From: a virus
Lineage: Duplodnaviria; Caudoviricetes
Virus record (IMG/VR): IMGVR_UViG_3300037440_000172
Span: 1-53,626 of that record
Length of the DNA stretch: 53,626 nucleotides
Strand: one strand, 5' to 3'
Each line of letters starts with the position of its first letter. The first letter of the stretch is position 1. Shown in pieces: positions 35,608 to 43,682 of this stretch. A program made the translations under genes and the position numbers. The notes beneath the pieces are model-generated. The model was not told the DNA's origin. It made no database searches and saw only the letters and a list, made by a program, of their open reading frames with translations.

Positions 35608-37940
35608 TTATGTCGCTACGTACCGGGACCCGTCATGCAAAACTTGCACGATCCCGGAGTTTTGCAGAAGTTTTGCATTATGTTCGGCAAGACCCGCGAC
35701 GTTCTTGCCCGCCTTTCGGCTGCTGCATGTCTCCATGCAGATCAGACTATCTCATCACCCGCGTGGGGTGCGATGCGCTTCGGGCCGCTTGGCCCTACGA
35801 GCCGTAGCTCTAGTCGTTACACCTTCCTGATGATCAGGCTTGGCTCGGTATTGCCCTCGACTTGACGTTAGGGGGTTTACCGAATTCACATCGTTTGCGC
35901 TACACTATTGCTAGTGTAGGGGTCCAGAACTTAAACCGTGATACAAGCTAGCGTTGGTCCATGAGTTCTTTTGCTTCTTCTCATCTTCAGTGTTCAGTTG
36001 AAATCGCTAGTTTCAACCTGTTCTATACTATAGAACTACTGCATATTTCTATGCAGAACAGACTATATCATCAGCCCTTGGGGCTGTCGGGCGCTTCGGC
36101 TGCCTATCGCTTGCAGCCTACTCCCTTGCGGGATAGTCGTTGAACGTTTCGCCTTTCGGCGACTTCGCTGCTGATTGCCCTCGGCCTGACCGTTAGGGGT
36201 TCCCAGCAATTCACCCGATTTGCGCTGCGTTATTGCTAATGCAGGGGCCTGGAAGTTAAGCCGACGTCGACCTCCATGTCCTTCATGTTGGCCGCATGCC
36301 CCATCGCGTTCCTGTGCAGGAAGTAGCACTGCTCCGAAGAGGTTGCTTTCCCGGTCAGGCGCGTTGAGGTGATCCAGTTGAGGCCGCATGCACGCCACAG
36401 GCGGCGAACCGGGCCGCTGAGCATCTTGACATCCTGATAATCGCCGGACGTATATTCCTTGGTCTGGCGAATAAAGGCGCGAAAGGCCGGGGTGATGATG
36501 GCGAACATGTTGTCCTCCTCAGCCACCGGCACGTCGTTGTTGCCAAGAATTGTCATCGCATGCTCAACCAGCGACATGCTGGCCTCGGCAGCCGAACCGG
36601 TATCGTTGGTTGCGGTGTCGAGCTGGGTCACGATCACGTCGTCGATATCGCGATTGAGCGTCGCGATCGACGATTCCTGCATGATGCGTTTCTGGTTGCC
36701 CTGGCTTGCAAAGATGTTGAAGTCCGTCGTTTCGACAACCCCACAATATTTATGAGGTCAGACTGTAGCTTCCCCCGCAGGGGTTTGCCCGCTCAGTCGT
36801 TGCAGGTGGTCGCGATGAGATGCTAAAAGCTGCTCTATCTTATGCTTTTTCAGTCTCGAATGCTGTACAAGGCGAGGCAGAAAATCCAAGGCGAAAGATC
36901 TGTCTTTCGGCCCGATGTTTCTTTCCCAAATCATGCATTTTGCATTTGAAGAATGCTGCCTGATGTAACCGCCATGAGCCTTATGGATGAACTCCAGCAC
37001 GGTGCCGTCTCCCTCGTGGCATGATGCGTGCACCGATGCCTGATTGGAGTAGCGCGGCTCGCCTTTGTAGCTACCATTCCTTTTTCGGCCCACTCGAAAG
37101 GAGCCATTGCCGTCAAGGTAACCGGCCAGCCAAGCGTAAGACGGAAAGTTCTTTGGCTTCAGCGGACCGCTTTCAAGGCGTGAGGCTTTGGAAAACTCTT
37201 TCAGAGCCTCGCATTCTTCGATAGAGAGCGACTGTCCTCGCTTTTCTCTCCATATTTCAAACAAGCGCTGCAAGTGACCGCCCTTGACAAAGGCGTGCTT
37301 GACCAAACGCGGGATCAGCATCTCAAGATGAGCCCTCTTCATGACCGTCCAGCGGTTCATGGGGTGGCTGCTCTTGTTGTACCCCAGCGTCGTATCAACA
37401 CGGCCAAAGCCAGTTTGATCGGGCAGGGTTGCAATGAACCTGTGAAAGTCCACGGCTTCTGATGCAGAAATCGCAATCGTCAGATACAGCTTAAATGCCG
37501 TTCTGTCAGCATTAGGAGCATTGAAATTGAAGCAGATGGCTCCATCTGAATCGATGAGACCAGCGAGATATTTTACAAGCACTTCATGCATTCTCTAACC
37601 CTTTATTTGTGACAGGGGAGAATAACCTTCCTTCGTGTTGCGCCAATAGTCAATGACGTTTCCACGTTATTCAGGGCAAATTCCGCTAGTGTATTAACGG
37701 CGCGTGCTTCTCAGTCAACGTGCAAGTCAGCTGCGTATTGTCCACGACACCGAACGGGATAAGACCGTTGATGCCGCGCGTTACCGCGGAAGCGCTTCCG
37801 GAGCCGGACACGAGGAAAATCGCAGTATTCCCCTTGATCACGGCTTCCTGAACACATGCCAAACGCAGATCAGAATATCTCTGTTCGAACGTCTGGATGT
37901 ACTCTTCGCGGTAACTGTCCATGAATGCAGATTCTGACAT
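35608..37940 (-). CDS. major capsid protein, spliced: join(37940-37697, 36735-36259, 35984-35934, 35675-35608), 279 aa
   Basis: Follows portal and scaffold. Removing three U|...G| introns gives an uninterrupted 840-nt ORF with junctions TEKHAP/FETTDF, EVDVG/YEKKQ, SLYHG/SKLLQ. Confidence 0.88.
35676..35933 (-). mobile_element. group I intron 3 (258 nt, ORF-less, IA2-like)
   Basis: P1 GGUU/GACC with U.G; P3 CGAUGUG/CGCAUCG; P4 UUCGGUA/UACCGAG; P7 GACUA/UAGUC; P7.1 and P7.2 hairpins; terminal G. Confidence 0.9.
35985..36258 (-). mobile_element. group I intron 2 (274 nt, ORF-less, IA2-like)
   Basis: P1 GGCU/GGCC; P AAUUGCUGGGAA, Q AAUCAGCAG, R UUCAACGACUA, S GAUAUAGUC; P3 UCGGGUG/CGCCCGA; terminal G. 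Confidence 0.92.
36736..37696 (-). mobile_element. group I intron 1 (961 nt) carrying a LAGLIDADG ORF
   Basis: P1 CCGU/GCGG with U.G; P3 UUUGCCC/GGGCAAA; P4 CGUG/CACG; P7 GACUG/CAGUC; P9 hairpin then terminal G. Confidence 0.88.
36758..37591 (-). CDS. intron-encoded double-motif LAGLIDADG homing endonuclease
   Basis: YLAGLIDSDG and WLAGYLDGNG motifs. Confidence 0.92.
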   Translation of the reverse strand: MHEVLVKYLAGLIDSDGAICFNFNAPNADRTAFKLYLTIAISASEAVDFHRFIATLPDQTGFGRVDTTLGYNKSSHPMNRWTVMKRAHLEMLIPRLVKHAFVKGGHLQRLFEIWREKRGQSLSIEECEALKEFSKASRLESGPLKPKNFPSYAWLAGYLDGNGSFRVGRKRNGSYKGEPRYSNQASVHASCHEGDGTVLEFIHKAHGGYIRQHSSNAKCMIWERNIGPKDRSFALDFLPRLVQHSRLKKHKIEQLLASHRDHLQRLSGQTPAGEATV

Positions 37941-37989
37941 TCGTTAGTTACCTTGTTGATGTTTCAGGGTTTTCAGGTTGTGACCGTAA

Positions 37990-38168
37990 GCAGGTTGTCC
38001 GTGCTGATGGCGCGCATCGGGGTTGTCCGCGGGGAAGCGGGGCCTTCACGCATTGCCGTATGACGGGGCTGGTTCTGGTGTAGAGATCCGGCCTTCAAGG
38101 GTGCGGGGCCGTTGCCGGGTTGTCCGCGGGAGAAGATCGGGTAAGTTATCCGCTTGCGCGGAATTCGT
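37990..38168 (-). promoter_or_regulatory. structured RNA leader of the capsid gene with repeated CGGACAACC/GCCCCG motif
   Basis: Three CGGACAACC copies, each with a GCCCCG partner, plus one GCGGATAAC variant, between scaffold stop and capsid start. Confidence 0.65.
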
Positions 38169-39176
38169 TCAGGCCGCGCGTCCGCGCTTGCCGGCAGCTT
38201 CTTCCTGTGCGAGGAGCTGCTGAAACTCTTTGTCGAGACCGTCTTTCCAGTATTTGTCCATATCGGTCTTCATGATCTGCTTGATCTCTTCCTTCCGTGT
38301 AGAGATCGCATCGAGCGTCTTGCCGTCGCCTCCGGGAACATGAGCGCTGGCGCCGAGACTGTCCTGTGCGATCGGGGCCAGGATCTTCCAGATCTCGGGA
38401 TTATAGATCAACCGGTGACCATCCGGCGTGCGCGCATCGCGGAGCGCGGCGGCCAGTTCCGGCGGGCATTTCTCGGCGTTGTTGAGCCAGTTCTTCACGT
38501 TCGACTGGTGCGTGCGGTATTCGTGGCCCCATTCGGAGCGGAGCGCATCGACGCAGACCTCATCGTCGCCCTTGTCGGTATTGTATTCCTGCTCCTTGAC
38601 CGAGCTGACGAGTTCAGCATAGGCGCTGAGTGACGCATTGATCTGCGCCTGGCTGGCGTTCTCGCCATGCATCTTGCCGAGGAACAGATCGAGCATCGGC
38701 TTGTCGGCATCGGTCCATTCGTGACCTTCAAGCTTGGGGAGTTCGTAGCCGTCCGGGTTCTCCGGAACGCCGATCTCCTTGCGCCATTCGGCGATTTCCT
38801 TCTCGCTTGCACCTTCCGGCGGCTTGCGGATATAGTCCGTTTGAACCTGTTTTTCGAGCGCCCGGTAGGACTTGTACATCTCCTGCGGGGATTTGATCCG
38901 CTTCAGGCGCGTCAGTTCTTTCTCACGGTCGCCTTTGTCCGTGATGTGTGCAACGGCTTTCTCGCGCCAGTCTTCCGGCCAGTCCGCGGGAGCGACAACC
39001 TTTTTCGGCTCATCGTCGCCTTCCTTCAGGTCATCGAGAACGCTTTCGCCCTTGGCGTCCTGTTTGTCGGCAGGCTTCTCGCCGCCCTTGTCCTCGGTGC
39101 CGTCGACCGTCTCCGTCTTGACCTCAGTCTCTACCGTTTCGTCTGCCGCATCTACCTTGCTCTGATCGTCCTGCAT
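38169..39176 (-). CDS. capsid scaffolding/assembly protein
   Basis: TAATG coupling; acidic N-terminus, GVPENPDGYEL, LRSEWG; between portal and capsid. Confidence 0.8.
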   Translation of the reverse strand: MQDDQSKVDAADETVETEVKTETVDGTEDKGGEKPADKQDAKGESVLDDLKEGDDEPKKVVAPADWPEDWREKAVAHITDKGDREKELTRLKRIKSPQEMYKSYRALEKQVQTDYIRKPPEGASEKEIAEWRKEIGVPENPDGYELPKLEGHEWTDADKPMLDLFLGKMHGENASQAQINASLSAYAELVSSVKEQEYNTDKGDDEVCVDALRSEWGHEYRTHQSNVKNWLNNAEKCPPELAAALRDARTPDGHRLIYNPEIWKILAPIAQDSLGASAHVPGGDGKTLDAISTRKEEIKQIMKTDMDKYWKDGLDKEFQQLLAQEEAAGKRGRAA

Positions 39177-39541
39177 TACTTGTCCTCGGTTTTCCTTGGT
39201 GGTCTTTTCAGCTTCGCTGGGCGTTTGCTCTTGCCGCCGCGCGCGGTCGTGATCTGCGGTTTCTCGCGCGCTTTCGGCGTCAGCGCCGGGTGGTTCATCT
39301 TCTCGACCTGGCTCCAGACGAACTGGCGGCCGAGCATGATGTCGGTCTCTCGCGTTTCGCGGCCGGGCCGGAATGCCCAATCATCCGCGCCGCACAGATA
39401 GCGGAGCCATTCGTAAAACAATTGCTGCTGGCCCTGATTGGCAACGCCGCTCTTAACTGCGCGCACGGCGAGCACGACATCATCATCGTAATCGACCGGA
39501 AGCCATGCCTCTTTCTTCGGGAACCACTGCCTGTCGCTCAT
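39176..39541 (-). CDS. Bbp19-like small head protein
   Basis: FRPG..RET....GRQFV motif; directly after portal. Confidence 0.7.
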   Translation of the reverse strand: MSDRQWFPKKEAWLPVDYDDDVVLAVRAVKSGVANQGQQQLFYEWLRYLCGADDWAFRPGRETRETDIMLGRQFVWSQVEKMNHPALTPKAREKPQITTARGGKSKRPAKLKRPPRKTEDK

Positions 39542-41259
39542 GCTGCCTGCCTTTGCGGCGCGGGAAGCGCCAGCCGTTCTTCCATCGGCATCATTGCGGC
39601 TTCCGCCTTCATCGATGCATCAGAGACCTGGCTGACGACATCAGCGCCGGTTGCGAGTTCCTGCGCAGCACCTTCGATCGACGCTTTCGCCGCGATCTGC
39701 TCGGCTTCTGCCGCTTCCTCATCCTCCGTCTTGCGCCATGTCGCCGGGCCGTTGACACCGCGGACCATGTCCTTGACGACAAGCGTTCCGTGGACCGGAC
39801 TTGTTGCGATCATGCCGAGTTGCTGGGCCTGCGCCACGATCGCCATCGTCTCCTGACCGCGCTCGACCATCAGGCGGCTTGACGCCTCCTGGATCGGGGT
39901 CTGGAACGACCATGTGATCTGTTCATCCGACAAGGCGTCGGGGATCAGGTCGCGCCCGCCGAATGCGCCCATGTTCGCCATCTGCGTGAAGGCTTTCTCC
40001 AGCAGGCGGACGTTGTATTCGACCTCGATCGGCTCGAACAGCGGGAGCAGGTTGCGGATATGCTCCTCGATGCGCTTCGAGGTCTCGTAGGCCGTCATCT
40101 CTTTCGTCGGGTCCGGCAGACGGATGCGGTCGGCATAGAATGCACGAGTCAGGATCTCGCGAACGTCCTGCCGAAGTGCGAGCCCGGCGTTGATGTCTCC
40201 CTCGATCTTGATCGGCCGCAGGGCTTCGCCGAGCTTTTCGTCGTACTCCCGGTCGACCCATGACAGCTTGCCGGAGCGGATATCGACGCTCTTGACGGCT
40301 TCCTCTGTCGCGATCAGCGGCGGCTCGACCGCCTTCTCTCCAGCTTCGAGCAAGATCCATGTGAGCTGCTGCGTCATGCGCGCGTCGGGCAAGGCCGACA
40401 TTGCCGCCGGCGAGAATGCATACTGACTGCCGGAAACCATGTGCCAGCGCGGAACGATAAACGGGAAGTCGATCAGACCTTCCTCGCGCAACAGCGTCAT
40501 GTTGCTGACATCGATGTAGCAGCGCACGAATGGCTGCTTCTTCTTGGTCTTGGCGTCGGAGTACGCCGTCGGGCCGATATAGTCGTACTCGTCGCTCGGC
40601 ATCACGACGACGCGAATCTCGAAGCTCTTGTGCGGCTCGTCCTTGCAGGCTTTGTTTACGCTGTCGTGGAGCTTCTTCTCCCCGAACTTGCGCTTCATCG
40701 TCCGGCCGGACATGCTGTCTTTCAGGTCGAGCCGATCGATCTCGGTGATCTCGTCTTCGAGCCAGGCGCAATCGCGCAAATGATAGTTGCGCAGCATCAG
40801 GTGGCTGCGCTCGGGTGGCGGCAGGCGGCGCTCCTCCAGCGATATCACCGCATTGCCGAAGCTGGCGTAATCGTGGTCGCCCTGCTTTGTCGCCTTGACG
40901 AACTGTGACCGCGGATCGTACAAAAAGGACTTGATCCGGGATGTCATGAACTCCAGATAGCGTGCATTCTCCGGCTCGGCGTCAACGGCTTCATCCTGCG
41001 TCGTCGCCCGGAACCATTGCTGATCCTTGGCGCGCAGAAGCGCAGAGAAGCTGTCGCCGAGTTCCTGGCGGAGCTGGCTCGGATAGCTGTCGATCAGATG
41101 CGCGGTAAAATCTTCCCCGCGAACGAACTTCGACGTGAAGTCCGCCCGCTGCGGGTAGATGTTCTCTGCAATTTCCTGATTGAGGCTGTCGAGCGGCATC
41201 TTGTGTGTAAAGAGCCTGTTGGAAAAGTCGATCAGCTCCTTGGCGCGGGCCTTGGACAT
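39538..41259 (-). CDS. portal protein (T7/BPP-1-type head-tail connector)
   Basis: WFR, FGNAV, PFIVPRW....GSQYAFSPA, ALPD, MTAYE motifs. Confidence 0.9.
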   Translation of the reverse strand: MSKARAKELIDFSNRLFTHKMPLDSLNQEIAENIYPQRADFTSKFVRGEDFTAHLIDSYPSQLRQELGDSFSALLRAKDQQWFRATTQDEAVDAEPENARYLEFMTSRIKSFLYDPRSQFVKATKQGDHDYASFGNAVISLEERRLPPPERSHLMLRNYHLRDCAWLEDEITEIDRLDLKDSMSGRTMKRKFGEKKLHDSVNKACKDEPHKSFEIRVVVMPSDEYDYIGPTAYSDAKTKKKQPFVRCYIDVSNMTLLREEGLIDFPFIVPRWHMVSGSQYAFSPAAMSALPDARMTQQLTWILLEAGEKAVEPPLIATEEAVKSVDIRSGKLSWVDREYDEKLGEALRPIKIEGDINAGLALRQDVREILTRAFYADRIRLPDPTKEMTAYETSKRIEEHIRNLLPLFEPIEVEYNVRLLEKAFTQMANMGAFGGRDLIPDALSDEQITWSFQTPIQEASSRLMVERGQETMAIVAQAQQLGMIATSPVHGTLVVKDMVRGVNGPATWRKTEDEEAAEAEQIAAKASIEGAAQELATGADVVSQVSDASMKAEAAMMPMEERLALPAPQRQAA

Positions 41260-41288
41260 GGGTGTTTCGGATTATCCTTGTGTGTCAG

Positions 41289-42905
41289 TTACGCGCGGCG
41301 ACGTCCGCGCCAGTCGCGTGATGAAGTCTGCGGCTCTGGTCGTGTCCAGTGCGTGCGGCCAACTGCGGCATTGCCTTCCGACAAGCACATCACGACCGCG
41401 TCGCCTTTGTCTGGTGATCGGCCCAAACGCTTGCGCAGGTCTTCCTTGCTCTCGATCTGGATTTCACCACGGATTTCGAGAACGCGAGGATTGATGCACG
41501 GTGCGGCAAGATCGGCTTTCAGTTCGGCGTCAGGCGGCAGCGCGATGATGGAGCCGCCAAGCTGTTCGGGATCGAGTGCTTCACGAAATCGGAACCAGGC
41601 CTCGGCGCGCTTGTTGGCGAACGGCAGGTTGCTTCCGAGCGCCTTGCCGGTAGATTTGTTCGCGCCGTTGAAATCGACGAATGCAATCTTGTTGTCCCGC
41701 AAGCGCTCCTTGACCGGCCCGGCATATCCGCCGCCGACGTCGAGCACGACCGGCGCAGCATCGCGGCGATGATGGAAGATCGCGCTGGTTGCGTCCGTGC
41801 TGTCAGATGTCTGCTTGCCCTTCTGGCTCACCAGCGGTGCGTACCAGCCGCGGTGACGCCACGCGAGAACTGCCGCATCCTTGCCGCCGCCTGCCGGGTC
41901 GAACGCCATTGCCGTCATGTGCCAATCGCGCCAGCCATCGTCCTTCCAGCGATCCATTGCCGCAACGATCCACTCGGTCGGGATGACCTGATGATTCTGG
42001 TCCTGCAATGTTGCGGAGAACGTGCCGCTCGCGAGATTGCGCAGCGATGTCGGTGCATAAGCCAGAACCGCGCCATACCCGCTGTTGGCAAGCTCCGGGA
42101 TATCCTCCATCTTGCTCGGGATGAATGTCCGCGAGCGCGGCAGGATCAGATTGCCCTTGGGATCGCGCGGCGGCTTGCGCAGCTTTTCGACATGCGCCTT
42201 GGCTTCCTCAAGCGACTCAAAGAAAAGTTCGTCGTCACTACCGTCGGTCTTCGGTGCCGCCCAGCGCAGTTCGCCCGGCGCGGCGCGGTCTGGATAGTTC
42301 TCATCGAGCCACGGAGCCCAATGCTGCACGACCCACAATCCTTCGGCAGTGGTCGGTGGGTTCCCGGTGCAAATGATCCGGCAACGCTGGCCCGGTATCG
42401 CAGAGCGAAGCCACAGCGTCAGGTATTGATATTGCGACCGGCTGAAATGCGTGATCTCGTCGAAGCCCTTGAGATCATGAGCATGGCCTTGGTACTTTTC
42501 GACGTCCCACTCGTGCGGGACAGAGCCGAATTCCAGAACGCGGCTTGTCCCCGGTATGCGCCAGACGTGATCCTGGCTATTATAGCCGTCTCGCGATCCG
42601 AGAATGCGCGTGGCCTCCTTGACGAGCCCCTTGATCTGCGGGAACTGACGCCGGAAGATGATCGAACTCTGATGCTGCGTGACGGCCGCGCCAACGAGAA
42701 GCGACGATTTCCCGCCTCCGGGCTCGCCTCCGGTAAACAACTCATCGGCTTCGCTGTGCAGCGCCGCAGTCTGGCCGCCGGGCGATGGAACCCAAGGCAA
42801 ATGCCCGGTCTCCTCCATCGCAGCCTTGATCGTCTCGTTCTTCTCCTCCGGGGTCATCACCTCGAAGGCGGCGAGGATGTCCTCAAGTCTCGGAGACTGC
42901 AGCAT
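41289..42905 (-). CDS. terL: terminase large subunit
   Basis: Walker A GGEPGGGKS, Walker B FDE, TGNPP, nuclease FDPAGGGKD, NKRAEAW, RSPDKGDA. Confidence 0.93.
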   Translation of the reverse strand: MLQSPRLEDILAAFEVMTPEEKNETIKAAMEETGHLPWVPSPGGQTAALHSEADELFTGGEPGGGKSSLLVGAAVTQHQSSIIFRRQFPQIKGLVKEATRILGSRDGYNSQDHVWRIPGTSRVLEFGSVPHEWDVEKYQGHAHDLKGFDEITHFSRSQYQYLTLWLRSAIPGQRCRIICTGNPPTTAEGLWVVQHWAPWLDENYPDRAAPGELRWAAPKTDGSDDELFFESLEEAKAHVEKLRKPPRDPKGNLILPRSRTFIPSKMEDIPELANSGYGAVLAYAPTSLRNLASGTFSATLQDQNHQVIPTEWIVAAMDRWKDDGWRDWHMTAMAFDPAGGGKDAAVLAWRHRGWYAPLVSQKGKQTSDSTDATSAIFHHRRDAAPVVLDVGGGYAGPVKERLRDNKIAFVDFNGANKSTGKALGSNLPFANKRAEAWFRFREALDPEQLGGSIIALPPDAELKADLAAPCINPRVLEIRGEIQIESKEDLRKRLGRSPDKGDAVVMCLSEGNAAVGRTHWTRPEPQTSSRDWRGRRRA

Positions 42906-43404
42906 TCTTCTTTCTGGCCATCGCCTGGCCGAGCATGTAGGCTATGCGGCGCGCGCCTTCGATCTCGGAGACGTCTTTGGTCTCGATCGGCCCGCCGTCC
43001 TTGCCGATGTGCTCGTTCACAACCTTGTCGCCGAACACCTTTGGCAATGCTTTCGAGAGCAGCCATTTGCGTGTGTCAACGCGAAGTTTTGACCTGCTTA
43101 CATGCTCGCCGTTGACGCTGTAAGCTGTAGTTTCGCCCTCTTGACCGGCGCGTGCCATCCAGTCATTCGTTCCATCGTCAGAGATTTCAAGAAGTTCGTC
43201 GGCCATTTTCATGTAGCCGATCTCACGTGCGCGTACATATCTCGCAGAAATCGGATGCTCAGGATCAATTGCCCAGCTTCGAACGGTACTCTCTGCCGGC
43301 ATTCCGTCATCTTTGCAGATTGCGTTCAGGCTTTCTCCGTCAGCTAAGCGAGCGCAAATAATGTCGCCGACCTCTTCGGTGTAAATCGTCGGGCGTCCAG
43401 CCAT
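42883..43404 (-). CDS. terS: terminase small subunit (Sf6-like)
   Basis: GRPTIYT...IC..LADGESL..IC...GMP..STV..W; RSKLRVDTRKWLLSK..PKVFGDK. Confidence 0.9.
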   Translation of the reverse strand: MAGRPTIYTEEVGDIICARLADGESLNAICKDDGMPAESTVRSWAIDPEHPISARYVRAREIGYMKMADELLEISDDGTNDWMARAGQEGETTAYSVNGEHVSRSKLRVDTRKWLLSKALPKVFGDKVVNEHIGKDGGPIETKDVSEIEGARRIAYMLGQAMARKKNAAVSET

Positions 43405-43682
43405 TACGCGCTCTGCTTTCCCTCGGCGCGACGCTTGCGCATCCGGCAGGCGGCCGAACAGATCGTAGCGTCGGCACGTTTCGCAGCGAATGGCTCGTTA
43501 CAAACGGCGCAGATTTTATCTGTAACGGAATTATCCGTAACGCGCTTATCTGTAACGTGAGCCTTTGCCGCGTTCTTGGCTTTCGTCAGCTTCGCCTGCT
43601 TGGCTACGGGCTTGCGGGCGGCTTGGCCTTCCTCGTAGTTGCGCTCGCGTAGCGCCCTGATCTGATCAAGTTTGCTGGTCAC
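43404..43682 (-). CDS. small zinc-finger DNA-binding protein
   Basis: CAVC...F...R.DA..CSAACR; VTD pentapeptide repeats. Confidence 0.65.
   Translation of the reverse strand: MTSKLDQIRALRERNYEEGQAARKPVAKQAKLTKAKNAAKAHVTDKRVTDNSVTDKICAVCNEPFAAKRADATICSAACRMRKRRAEGKQSA
43516..43557. repeat. 3 x 12-bp direct repeat TTATCYGTAACG with 15-bp period
   Basis: Copies at 43516, 43531 and 43546. Confidence 0.85.

Noticed and set aside
36063-36398. ORF-track proteins overlapping introns 2 and 3 (e.g. 36063-36398, 35575-35865, 35961-36143)
   Set aside because: Incidental frames across structured intron RNA with no recognisable protein motifs.
35608-37940. Capsid gene as a fragmented pseudogene or assembly error
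   Set aside because: The inserts have full group I signatures and their precise removal restores one open frame.
41289-42905. Intein or intron in terL
   Set aside because: The ORF is continuous, of normal length, and lacks intein end motifs.
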